Assembly: GCA_035084275.1 (NCBI GenBank)
Contig: CM068750.1
Location: 5,146,001 to 5,210,000, forward strand
Direction of reading: 5' to 3'
Source: Hydrolagus colliei
Taxonomy: Eukaryota
Length of the DNA: 64,000 nt
The notes beneath the pieces are model-generated. The model was not told the DNA's origin. It saw only the letters and a list, made by a program, of their open reading frames with translations, and did no database searches. Both the position numbers and the translations under genes were made by a program. Positions 15,101 through 28,100 of the stretch are shown here, one piece after another (within the stretch, counting starts at the first letter, position 1; each line of letters opens with the position of its first letter).

Positions 15101-18100
15101 GGGGAGGATCATTTAACAGCATGCCCGGCCCTTAGGTTAGAATGACTCACATGAGCTAAAATACTGACATTACAAATAATAACTATCAAATTAAAATCAT
15201 AACGACTAGTTTCTATGATCGCATTTTCGTATATTGGTTGTTTCATGTGTTTTGTGTTTATGTGCTGGCCGGGAGGAAGTTTATTTGAGGTGAAAGCTTA
15301 GAGTTGCAGCGAATAGCTCCATAAAAATCCTTGGCAAAAAATGTTTTTACTCAATTGATATTGTTCTGACACTGACTGGGATCTAGTTCTTGGAGTGAAA
15401 TTTTGCATTGTTCTGTCATTTCTGTATTTGAGCAGTAAGCAGGCACAGTATTTAGCAACTGAGAGAAATGATTATTTTGCTTTTCTTTCATAAAGTATTG
15501 ATACTTTTTGCTTTTTTAAAAAAAAAATCTGCCTTTATTTCAGTTACTTCATCTGGGGTGGAGTTTTAGCAATGTAAGATGTTGAAATGCTGTTGCAAAA
15601 TGTATAAGTGTGGAAAGAAGCAGTAGAACTGTTCCACTTTCTGAAGAATGCTCTTGAATGCCATGGTTTGCCTCAGAACTGCAAGGTCAGGCAAAGTCAT
15701 GAATGTAATGCAGAGGCGGAACGCTCTGTAGAGACAAAGCCCTAACTGATTAATTAACGTTGCCAATGAATTGTTGATTATATTGTTGGCTTGTTCTGCG
15801 AACTGGAGCCAAGGAAACCAGTCACAAGGCCGGAATATAATTATAACACAACAAATCAAGTCTTTAATTAAAAAAAACTTTAAAAAAAAATGCTGCAAGT
15901 TCTGAAGAAATCTCTATTTACATATACGTACGAACTTACAAAGCAGATGGACAAATCTATTGGCATAAGACTCACCCCACCCCTGCATCTACATATCAAT
16001 TCACTTACAGTGTGATATGTGAAAGGCTAAACTATAGACATCACGCACTAAAATGTTTGTTTGTGATTTACAAAGGGCATTGGAGCTACAGTCACTTTGC
16101 TCTGTGAAATGCGAACAACAAATCATCTGATGAGTTCAATGTTGGACTCCAACCAATTTATCCACTGCTGGGGGTGTGTAGGATGAAATGGCAGCAGGAA
16201 GGAACAATTGCACAGGAATAAGAGACGTCACCTCAGGTTATTTTCCTTCCCACAACAACATACACACACATAGGAGAAACCTAAACCTGGCATCACAGAA
16301 ACACTCAAGAGTTGCGTAACACAAGATACCAGTAGATGAAAGTTCTGAAGAGGGAGCAGTGCAGACTTTTGAAGGGGGATCTTAAGCGTGGACAATGGAT
16401 GGCAGTTTCCTGGACTCAATCCATGCAATTTAATAGGCCGCGATATTGTGCTGTGTGATTTCACAAACAATGGTGTCAGGATTTATTTTACTGACTGATA
16501 CAATGCAATGTCACAATTCGTTTTATATAAACCCAACAGTCTTGTTTCAAAAGAGGCGGCACCATCCACCAACATCAAGTATTTAAAAATTAGTACCTGT
16601 TCGTTGAGTGATGCAAAAAAATTTGTGGCTTCTAAACTTAAATATTAAAACAAAACAAAGCTCCCACCTTTTTTTTCTTCAACCCACTTTGTGATCATCT
16701 GATATTTGACATGCTTTAAAAACACAGACAAATTCATTGACACGGCCGGCAGTGATAGAGACTACTGTCCTGATGGTATTATATCTGATTTGAATTGATA
16801 TTCTGCAGGCACCTTATTTGAAATTGGCATCTGACCCAATTCAGTGCTTGAATCCACACTCACAAATTATTAATTTAGTGGAGGGTAGCAGTGTGCACTC
16901 TATAGGGCACCTTCAATCTGCCCCGTTTATGTGCTTCATTACGCTATGTGCGTACAACACATGTTTCTATAGTAACTAGAGGGCTGACTGACTCCATAGG
17001 GAAATCCATGGCTAGTTGATTCTGTTGCATCCAAATTATTTCCAGTATCAAAGCTTCTCCTTAAGCAACATTTCTTGCCAAGGACCAGAACTCACATCAA
17101 TACAAAGGCACCCAGGGGTGTGATGGCAATCAATTATTACTTTGCAAATGAATGCTGACGGCTTGTAGTAAAGTATAGAACAGTATACGGTATATAGGTT
17201 TGAAGGCAACTTAGGCTATGCAGCATTGAATAAGGTGTGCTGAGTCACACAAGGCAAAGACTCCAAATCAGTTGCCTACCGTGCAACTGTATGTAGCAAA
17301 TGTTTATGTATTTCAACAATGACCTTGATATAAAGGCACAACTCAATCTTTCAAGTCACGGAACTTGCACCAGGGACAAACACATGAGAGGAAATGTCAG
17401 TCTCTGAACGTCAGAGGAGGTTCGAGTACTAAAAGACCTAAAGGACGTTCTAAGGTCAACCAAGAGCCATTTGCCCAACAAGCTATTCACTGAGGGAGAC
17501 GCACGAAGAAGCTTATTCGAGGAATATTGACTGTTCTGTATTGTCTTCATGTCTTTGTTTGAGAAACAAATGCCAAAAGAGCTGCATTTGTACATCTGTA
17601 AATGAAAATGCAGGAAAATGTATGGCTTTACAGATTACTCACCATTTGTGCAGTTGTCATGTTGTGTGCAGGTAACGTTATAGGGCCAGAATACAGGAAA
17701 ATAACTGGAGGTGATATTCTGTGAAGAGCTTTGAGATGTCCAGAAGATGCGAAAAGCGCTTATAACAAATGCAAGCATTATGATTATTGTTATTTTAACA
17801 ACTGAAATTATGTCAGAGATTTAATCTCTTTTCATGACCTACGATACAAATCAGAAAATCACGCAGCTTGGCTGAAAACACTAAAGTATAACTATGTAGG
17901 AGTAGTTAAAAAGCTGTTTAAAATTCTCTTTAATCACCTAAGCAAAGATTAGATTGCTCGATAGCACATACCTCGGTGCTAATGTGTAATGCTACTTACT
18001 AAGGAACCGCTCGTCTGGCTGTCTTTGTAGATATATTTATTGCTATCAATGTAGAACATATCAAATATTCATATGCTCTCTTCAGCGAACTAGGTTTTGT

Positions 18101-18879
18101 CATTTAATATTCTTGATATCCTTTCTCTTTCAGTTGAAAATAAATAACCGATTGTTGCTAATTTGTTTGTATTCCAGAATGTGAAATTTGGTAAATGAAG
18201 AATGAAATATTTTGTTCTCCCTCCACCCCACCCCTTCACCTATTTCTGCCCTTGCTTATAATCTCTCCAGTGACAATATATTCCAGTCCCTGATTCCACC
18301 AATTGATAAGTAACTGGTTTCTCTCCAGTGAATAGCTGTGAGAATAACACTGTCAAAAGATTATCTCACTGTTCAAGTTTCCATCCATTTCTCTCGGAGG
18401 TGCTTTTGTCCTTGTTCACCCTTCCCCAGCGAGTGGCTGGGTGATATTAGTCATTCACAGCGTGGGAATCAGCTCCATATTAGCACAGGGTCACTTGACC
18501 TCCCTCTGCGAAGATTTTAATGAGAGCTAAACCCAACTGTCGCATCTCACAGTAATAATAATAATAATATTAATGCAACTTTATTCCATCGCAGTGAACC
18601 ACCATTGAAGTGGGGGAGGAAAAATTTGTGTTGGGGTAGGTTTGGCTCACATCATAGCACACAAAACAAAAAGCAGGAAACAAAAAACAAAACGACAAGG
18701 TACGACCTATATATATTTATATATTAAATGATATTTATTTGAGTGTTACAGTATGAAAATGAGAAATTGTGAGTTTCTTTTTCAGCACTGTTTGCATTCC
18801 ATTGAGTTGTCCCTGAGGTCTGCAATAGATACTACCATTCAAAGCCTATCAAGTAAACCCATTGCTTAGTGTGACACTG

Positions 18880-19115
18880 AAACTTATTGGGTCTGAAAGG
18901 TCTTAGATTTGATGTGCATTGGTCAGTTGGACTTAAACTGCAAAGCTAATTATACCCAGTGACCAGAGGCTAGACGAGGGATGGGGAAGGGGAATTAGAT
19001 CATGTTACCAATCCTGATCACTAAACTATGACTTCTCCCTAGTAAAGTGCGGGTGTGTGGAAGCTGGGTCAAGACAGGGTCAGCCAGGTTTAGCTGTGAT
19101 GACCTCCCTACTCCT
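18880..19115 (+). mobile_element. LF-SINE-like ancient relic
   Basis: tcctgatcactaa...aaagtgcgggtgtgtggaagctgggtcaagacagggtc...tagctgtgatgacctccc follows the recalled LF-SINE body. Confidence 0.6.
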
Positions 19116-19228
19116 TCCTATCCCCTCAGTTAAACAGTGAAATAATTTCCTCCTGGTGTCTGGGTCCTGGGACTCTGCCCCTGTCTGCATTCACGTGAAA
19201 ACCATCTGGTGGTGGTGGTGGTGAGATC

Positions 19229-19272
19229 TCATTCATTCATTGATTCATTCATTCACTTACTTCATTCATTCA
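19229..19272 (+). repeat. Imperfect (TCAT)n microsatellite
   Basis: tcattcattcattgattcattcattcacttacttcattcattca. Confidence 0.8.
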
Positions 19273-19579
19273 ATTTTCTTTCTCCCCTGCAGGAAAATGC
19301 CACAGTTTGTACTCAGATTCAGATCAGAAACTGAGCATAATAGAGCCAACCTGCATTCTCACATCCTTTGTCAGTGGAGCAAGCGCAGCAATGCCCCACT
19401 AATGAAGCACTTTGAACAAAGTGATTTGACAGTCAAGTTGGAACTCCCTAGAGATGGAGATTTTCAAGCCACCTTGCTGTGTTAATTACTTTTGCAAATG
19501 TTTGGGAGCAGGTTACATTCCCTGCTTACTAGGCCGGAGAACAGTATCTGTCCATTTGATATGGTGCCTTCCTACTTTT

Positions 19580-19840
19580 TCGAGATGTCTAGAAACACTT
19601 CACAGGATATACTGTAATGAGATTGACTGAATATTTTGTGGGTGAAACACGGCAGCCAACTGTGTACATCAGAGTCTCAAAAACAGTCATGGATTGAGTG
19701 ACAAATTACTGTTATATCATAATTTACGTTTTGCCCACAAATATACAGTCAATTCACCTTACAGTATATTCTGTGAAGTCCTTTGAGATGTCTAGAAGAT
19801 GTGAAAAGTGCTATATCAAAATTCAAGGACTATTATTTTT
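19580..19840. mobile_element. Two family A SINE 3' fragments in inverted orientation (- 19580-19707, + 19726-19838)
   Basis: cttcacaggatatactgta...ttgtgggtgaaacacggcagcc followed by ttgcccacaaatatacagtcaattcac...ctgtgaag. Confidence 0.8.
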
Positions 19841-20934
19841 TATTTAAAATTTTTTTACGGGTTAAACTAAATTAGAAAAACAAGTGGGAAGGAAAAGTAC
19901 ATTTGCAGAATCAACAAAATTAATTGATGATGTTTAAAATTAGTTTGGAAGACTCATGTCGAATAAAGGTCGGTGTTTGCAGGTCTCAATATTTGCCACA
20001 AATCATGTACACACTAATTGCATTGAAAACTGTTTGGAAGATATCAATTGTTTAGGATTCAGTGTAGACGTCTAGACAGGGATCAGATATACAGAATAAA
20101 TTTAATTAAGCTTCATAGATGAAGCAATCATTAGATGGTAAACATTAAAATAAGTTCTCTTTTTTTTATGAGCAACATTAAATATGCATAGCATGGTACA
20201 GTACCATATTATTTAATATTAATCATTATCTTGTAAAATTTTCCAACCCACGAAAACAGTGCTGGCTTCATTAACAATGAACAGACAAGCATGTTTTATT
20301 TACCCCTCTTGCCTTAATATGGAAACCGATCCTTGCCATCTATTATTTATAGTGCAAGCTGGGTACCAGCTTGATTTTGATATAGACCGATAGCTGTGAC
20401 CTTGTGTCTTTGAGCCTGTAGTTGTAAAATTATATTGAGTTCTGGTTCACTCAGTTGGTGCTTGTCAAGCAGGGTCAGTCAGCACTAATAGCTGAAACCC
20501 ATCATGACAAAGGGAGTTTCTTCAGGGTGGGAATCCTGGAGGGCTCATTAGTAACTGTGTTTAACATTCTTAAACAGTTGGTGGTTTGAGCAATAGGACT
20601 CCTTGCCACCACTCCTCTACCCTAATAACAGCCACCTGTCTATTCAAATCACGTCGAAACGCAAATCGATTTAAAATGCGTCCACATCAATCATCGTTTG
20701 ACAAGTGGTCAAGTTCAGTCCACATCTCATTAGTCTTTTCCCAGAAAACAAAAAAACCCATTAGATACGTTGATTGTGTTTCTCAGTTTCAATTCAAACC
20801 GTATCTTCTCAACACCACGTCAAAAGTGTTTAAGATTTTTTAAGACTCGCGTTTAATTTTTTTTGCTGGTATTGCAGGTTTCCTTTGCTCACTGTCATAT
20901 AGGGGGGCTGGGGTGTTGGGGGGGAAGAGAGTTC

Positions 20935-21165
20935 ATTACAACAACTTGCATTTATATAGCATCCTTGAAGCAGGGCAGCGTCTCACAGAGCTTAACAGTG
21001 CCAGAGCCTAATGCCGGGGGGGAGGGAGGAGGTGACCAAAATAATCACGCTCGAAGAGAAAGCTCTTCAGTCATGATCCAAAACAGAGGAAGGAGGGGAT
21101 CAAGGCGGGAAGGATTGGGGGAGAGAGTGTGGAGAATACAAAACACTGTTTACATGGCGGCTTAG
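20935..21165 (-). mobile_element. L2-type LINE 3' end
   Basis: acaacaacttgcatttatatagc...gtctcacagagctt tail followed by the purine-rich reverse complement of an L2 3' region. Confidence 0.6.
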
Positions 21166-21465
21166 GGAGCCGCGGAGACTGGTTCCGGGAATTCGCAGCA
21201 ATGCTGGGTTGGTGTTTCCCACTGAGTTGGAGGCTGGGTCATCATCATCTGAATTGAAGCAATGTCGCTTCTACGTAGCGTTAAATCCAAGCAAGAGAGA
21301 GTTGCTAACATGAAACGCAACTTTTGGCAATCAATCACATACAGGAGGGTGGGTGGAAACAGCTTCTTTTTTTCTTCTTCTTTTTCAAAAAACACTTATT
21401 TGGCAGCCCTGATGGTGCAGTGATCAGAGTTGCAGTTTGCAGATATCGCTGGTTTGAATCGGAGT

Positions 21466-21508
21466 CTGACCCTCAGCTGCTATAGCTGCTATAGCAGCTG
21501 AGGGTCAG
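21466..21508. repeat. Perfect 21-bp inverted repeat with a 1-nt spacer
   Basis: ctgaccctcagctgctatagc - t - gctatagcagctgagggtcag. Confidence 0.95.
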
Positions 21509-24394
21509 TTGGTATATCTTATCTTAAAGAGGGTTGAAAGCTGATGAATTCGCTCTCAATACCAGCAGAGGACCCTTCTTCAGCACCCTCTGCTGGTATT
21601 GGGAATGTGGCAGCTGGGTTGAGGTGAGGAGAGGTTGCGTGAGGTGAGGGAGGACCCGTGTAGCTAAGTGCCCCAATGGAATTCACTGCCAGTGTCTGCT
21701 TGGGCAAAATACTGGAGAGCAGCCAGGGAACTGTGGAAACTGCACCACCAATATTTTGGGAGCTGGGATCCTGATGTTACCTTTTTGTAGCTGTTTGGAG
21801 CAAAAAATGAACACAGATGAAACTCGACTCGCCCCTGGTTTAACTTATTTCAGGTGGAGGCGGGTCGCTTGGACTTCTGTGCAAACAGATTCCCATTTGT
21901 CATCGGAAATGGATCTCTGCCTGCCTTGTGATGAGGAAAAAAGGTTTCCGGCTGGCCTGGTTGATTATGTTGGGTAATAATAAGAGCATAGAATGAGCTC
22001 AAGAGTACAATTCTCCACTTTAACTTGCTATGTATTTCGTGAATCGATGTGGGACCTGGCTGGCACAAATGGTTATTATGTTTGGCTTCAACAGTCACTA
22101 CACTGGACAACAATCAATTGTGAAGCACTTCAAGGCATTTTAATGTGATTAAAACGTTTTTTTTAAAAAAAATGATTAGCCATAGAAATCTACGATAAGC
22201 CGAATAAAGACAGAATAAACTTGTCTAGCAATGAACAATTTCCATCTGCTTGCCTCAATCACACAATTGCAAGAGAGCTTTCGATGATAAAGGCCCGTTA
22301 GATCTTACCGTTTCGCCGACATCACCGCTCATATCAAAAGATTTGGTCACTTTATAAAATAACCTGCACAAACCTACGATTATCTTGCAGAGCAATATAG
22401 TTCTACAGAGCGACATTAATTCTGACAGGTTTTCTTACAAATGATTGCCTTGTTTGGTAATGGAAAATGATCTGTATAGTAGTTTGGCTGGCAGCTGGTG
22501 AAACTCAAAGTGTTGATTCTGAATACAGTATAAGTCGACCGCACAATCTCTGCCTGCTCTTTACCGGAATCTCTCTGAAATCCTGGCACACAGTTGCACC
22601 CACTCCTTGAATTTTCTTCAAAGGTGATTCATTAGTTTTCCAGTCTCTGCTCATCCCACGCAGGCAAAGTTATACAAAACACTCACTTTCAAACTTTAGG
22701 CTGTTGGAAGAAGAGAAAACAAAAATCAGTTTATTTGTGGTTAAATTTCAATGGGATGCCTTTTGTTTCAACTCTGTTTTGAGTGTTACATTTTCCAGAC
22801 ACACTTTAACAGGCTGCATGTTGTGCGCTAATTCTTTGCCAATGTCAAGAAGTTTTATAATAGGAAATATTTCAATGAAAATCACAAGAGTAACAAATGA
22901 TTTAATCTGCTTTTTGGCTAGTATTTTGAACAGGCTGTGTGCTTACAGCAATAAATAACATTATATAACACCAATCTTATCTGACAGAAGCATTTGCAGC
23001 AAAAAAATGTTCACTTAAAACTAAAGTGCAAACATGATTTGCACTTTATCATGAAAAGTGCAATTTTTTATCAAGAAAAGACAAAGTCCATGCACGTAGG
23101 AAAGAACTTTGGCACAAGCTGTATTTCATTCTTATCACCATCGTTTACACAATAATTTGGATACAGCGATCACATTTATGACATATATTTTAAATAAATC
23201 ATGTGTCCTATATACAGTATTAAACTGCATTGGTTTCAACATGACATGCAGAATGTTTGTCCTTTTGTATTTTCACCGGTTGTTCTTTTTCTGATGTCTA
23301 AGAAATCCAACAAAAAGAGTTTCAATACTGACTAGAGTGCTGCGAGTGAGTTTGGCAATTCCCCCCCTTAAATGTGAACTGAGTACACAAGCCTAATCCA
23401 AAGCAATTCGGCTTTGAATGATCTCACTTTGTAGACACACTGTACTTGTAAAAGGAAGCTGAAGAAGTTTTATGACTCCCACATTGTGCAATGTATTTCT
23501 GAGGTGGAAACATTAGTGAACTTTGTACATTTTTGCAACAGTCTCCTCCTGTGTCGAAAGTACGTGTTGATATGAACGTAGCCATCCCTTGTTGTAACAC
23601 CTCTTGAGTATGTGTACTAACTACAATTGCATTCAGTTGCGTCAAAGATAAAAGATTACGGGCGTGTTTTCAGTCAAGCGTCCTATTGTTTTTCTTTTGT
23701 TCTTACTGTAATTATTTGTTTGTTGCATTTAATTAACTCCTGGGGAACTTGCGGCAATCGTGGAGATCAGCTTTAGAATTGTAAGGGCTGAAGTTGTGAA
23801 AGTCGTCTTTTGCACACTCCCTCTTTTCCCTGTTGAATTATCAAAGTTGTTATGGGGATGAAGTGATAAAGGAGGGATCTGCCAATAGGAACCTGGCACT
23901 CGGATACTTAGCTAACATTTGAATGGCACTCTGCCCTCTGTTACTGAGAGATTCTAGTGTGTAGTTCTCAGAATGCCAACCATTGTGCTGCCTTTTCTGA
24001 GCTCCAGCCAAACCCAAACTGCACTGACCCAAAACAGCCTGAAGAAAACATTTCTTCCTTAAAGTGTCCCAAGATTATTTATGCTTTAACGAAAAAAACA
24101 CCTGCCAATTGGAATGCGCAATCTAGAGAGACTGTGCATGGAGTTGAGTAAACACCAAGGCAAATTGAGCCTTGTTCCATTTCTCTGGGGCTACTTATCA
24201 CAAAATAAATGTTTGAATTTATCATCGGTAGATTGATTCTAATTTATTTTATGAAACAACTGATTATATCAGTACGACATTGGTAAATAAAACTCCTCTT
24301 CTGTGTAATATTTATAGCAGCAAACACAATTAGCGGACGAAGATTTCGTACTCTCATAGATGATCAAATTAAAATAATAGGAATTATTGAGTCA

Positions 24395-24943
24395 TTCAAT
24401 TACATGACTGTTTGTTGGACACTCCTGTGTGCAATTAATTGGCTGCCAGGTTTCACCCACAAAGTGTACAGTCAATTATAATAATAATCCTTGCATTTGA
24501 TATATGGCGCCTTATCACAAAGTGAATTGACTGGATATTTTGTGGGCAAAATTAACTTGACAACATATCCCGTGGAGTCCTATAGCTCGTATTTTTTAGC
24601 AAGATACCTGGGTTCATTTCCAGGCAGGGTGAAACCTTGGGCAAGTTTCCTTACTCCACAAGCCTAATAATAATCCTAAAAAAACAATAAATTGGTTATT
24701 TCAATCCACGACTGTTTGTGGGACACTGCTGTGTGCAATCGGCTGCCGCGTTTCGCCTACATATATACAGTGAATTCACTTTACAGTATGTTCTGTGAAG
24801 CGCTTTGAGGCGTGTAGAAGACATGAAAAGTGCTATATCAAATGCAAGAATTATTATTATTATTCTTATCCCTTGAAGTGCTTTGAGACTTCTCAATGAT
24901 GTGATAAGGCACCTTATCAGTTGCAAGGATTATAATGATTATT
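24395..24943. mobile_element. Cluster of four family A SINE pieces, including a full-length + copy at 24572-24864
   Basis: + fragment 24395-24477, - tail 24480-24550, full copy, then a second + tail 24870-24943. Confidence 0.85.
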
Positions 24944-25048
24944 GATCATTTAGGGCTTCAGCTCTCGTGTATATTGCTGACACGGTCTCATTCATAATCT
25001 TCTTTTGCGTTGCAAACTGGCCAGGGCACAGTTGAGGGCTGTAACCCA

Positions 25049-25130
25049 TTCTAATTAACCTGATTACATGACGGTGTGGAAGTTTGCAGAGCCAAACTTC
25101 CACACCGTCATGTAATCAGGTTAATTAGAA
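25049..25130. repeat. Perfect 38-bp inverted repeat with a 6-nt spacer
   Basis: ttctaattaacctgattacatgacggtgtggaagtttg - cagagc - exact reverse complement. Confidence 0.97.
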
Positions 25131-28100
25131 AATCTATCACGCATGTTTTAATTGCAGTGGATATCAACATTACGTGATGCGTTGAATTATTCTTTCCAAA
25201 GGATTCTGATGTTTCCAGAAGTCGCATGTAAAATAATAATCCTGTCAGTTTTACTTATTGCGAAACCTAATCAAAAAGGCAACAGTGCAAGATACCACCA
25301 AGGTTGGAATAGCTTTAAAAATATATTTTTTAAAAAAGCAATACCAATTTGTCGCTAATAACTGTATCTAAAATATTAATTATAGATTACCTCTGCAGGG
25401 AATATTTTTGAAGTTTAGGTGTGTCCTTACTCTTTTGGTTTCAAGTGAATTTCGATTTCACAGCTGACTGAACTGTGGAAACTTGAATGCGAGTCTGTTC
25501 TAAGAATGGAAATCAATTACACACAATAGATCTATAAAGGAACTGAAATGTGCCGAGTCCCATGCTTTCAAGCTATTGTTGATAGTAAGGACTCTTTGTT
25601 CCCATTTTACATTTAAAAAAACTGAATTATTAAATGGTGTGGGCTGTCATCTTAATTCTATTGTGCTGAAAAGGCCATGTCTCGTGACAGGGTTTCTAAA
25701 CTATGAAATCTACTGATAGGGTATACGGTTGCAAAGGAAGATGAAATATCAAACCTCTTTATTGAGTGTTGGTTTGTTTTGCACAAACAAGGTTACTGCC
25801 AATGCAGTTCATGTGGAATTCAACCGCAGATTAATTCAACTTTGTGCTAACGGGAAGCTATTTTGAGTAAATTAAACACATTTAAATTAGCTTATGCAGT
25901 CTCCCTTAATCCAATAACACAGACCTCATTTTATGTTAATGTTTGATGCTTTGAATATTTACTTGCAGCTAATTTTGATCCAGGTTATGCACTCATTTTG
26001 CAATGAGACAATATATGTTACGCATTGCTCTGAAAAATCTGTTCAAAGTGACATAACACACAGATATAAAAAGATTGAGTAATAATTATGAATCGCTGTA
26101 GCATGGCATTTTATTATTGTTTGCTGCAAGCTCTTTGTTATCTTCAGGCTCTATATTCCCACAATGTTCATTTACACACTGCCAGGTTCAATATAATAGA
26201 CGTTTTTTTGTTGTTTCGTGAGTTACCAACACTTCCAACATATTAAAGGAGGCATTGATATCTGTGCCACGGATAACAGGAGACTAGGAAAAGTGGAACA
26301 GAAGCTGCATGTGACTGTTGCCATGGAGTTTCCGCCCAGTAGAGTGCGTGAGAAGAATATTTGGGAAAGTTTTGTACATGGGAGACCAAGCGAATTAAAA
26401 AAAAAATTGTCAGCGTTGCTGGGCGACCGTAAGAACATGTACTGAAAGAGGGGTCTGTGAATGGGGCTCTGTCTTGTGAAAATGGTCAGACCTTAGCACA
26501 ACTGTGACAAAAGAATTAGAAGTGTGTTTCAAAAACCTTGATCTCTACAACTGTCCTTGGGAATTGAATAATAGATGCCATTATTAATAGCTGGCTGTTC
26601 TACGGGGCTTCAAAGTAGAAAGCATCGCCTTTTATTCCTCCATACTTACAAAGCCTCTTTAGTGGAAACACCCAACGGAATTCTGCAATGGGTTCCCTGC
26701 CGTTACTCAGTCCACTCAATTCAGCTTGAAAACCAGTCACTTTCTGTGACTATTGTTTGCAGGCAGCCATCAAAATGAACCTTTAAGGGGCAACACAAAT
26801 GGGATAAAGTTCAGCCTCTGAATCAGAAAAAGAATCTTTACTTTGAGAGCATTAGAAAATTGACACCTGATCCAGGGTTCCTTCCAGTTTTGCCACATTA
26901 CAGCATTCAGCAACAGAAACTGACAGCTCACTGCAAATGATCAGCAGCGTGAGAAAACAAATGTGATTTACGTTTTGAGGCGGATAAATATAATTTCACT
27001 GTTTTGAAGGGATAGGTTGTTGCCATCTCCAATTTCGATTAAAATTTGGTTCAGAAACAAAGTAGCCCTTATCGCATCGTACACACTTTGGTGAAAGATT
27101 GCACTAGAAGCAGAAATCGACACATAGCGTATTTTCAATTTCCCTTCAGTAAAACAGTTATTTTTGGCACTTTTTCTTAAACAGGGTTAATTTTAGATCA
27201 TTTTCATGACTAAGTCACTGTGCTACTGCACCATAGGATATGTGTTCGTTCACTAATTCACTGTATGCTGGGGCTTTGATTGCATCAAGGGAACTGATGA
27301 ATAAAAGGGAGCGAGATTGTCGCACAGATGAAGAAGGATGGCAATGGATGGCAATGTTACACCACCTCACACCCACTCTAGAGCAGAGTTGCCAGAGGCC
27401 TGGGAACAGGTCGCTTACCCACTGTCTCAGCCAAGATACAACACAGGAGATCAAAATGGAGGAAATGAATATTTAAATCCAGGAAGGAAGGAATGATAAT
27501 ATATTTAAGGATATACATAGTCATTTACCTAATGCTGAAGTAGCTTATCATTACTCTTTGTTTTTTGTGTTACCTGTGTATTTCACTGCAATATCAAAGA
27601 TTAACCAGTCATTGTTTTGGGGGAAGATCACATTTACACACAAATACCTTGTTTATTATATACATTAAAAAAACTATTTAGAGAGCATTTGTCAGGAACA
27701 TTGAGGATATGCATTAGGCAGATTGTAATTAAATGAAAGGAGGTCAGATTGCATTCTAAGTCATGAGAATGAATGAAAGGCTTGAATGTTTTATAAATTT
27801 TGTATGAATCCCCAAATGGGATTACTGCCAAGAAATTCCTTCATAGTATGCGTTTGCTTCTTCTGCATGAAACGCAAGGGATTTATCCGGTTTTGTGTCT
27901 ATTTTTGTGCAATTTGTCATTATTAGTATAGATATCTCTAAGTTAGAGAGCTCAAAGTCATTGATGTCTGATAACATTCACACTGCAAAATTAACTGTGA
28001 AATCATTTCTACATGTTAATCACAAAATATTGTAAAATGAAGATTACCACCGATGATATAGGAAATTGCATTAGCTAAGGGGTGCTACATTTCAGGAAAC

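Noticed and set aside
17356-17530. Protein-like + strand frame EEVRVLKDLKDVLRSTKSHLPNKLFTEGDARRSLFEEY
   Set aside because: No convincing acceptor or partner exons; more likely a decayed LINE (possibly RTE-type) fragment or chance
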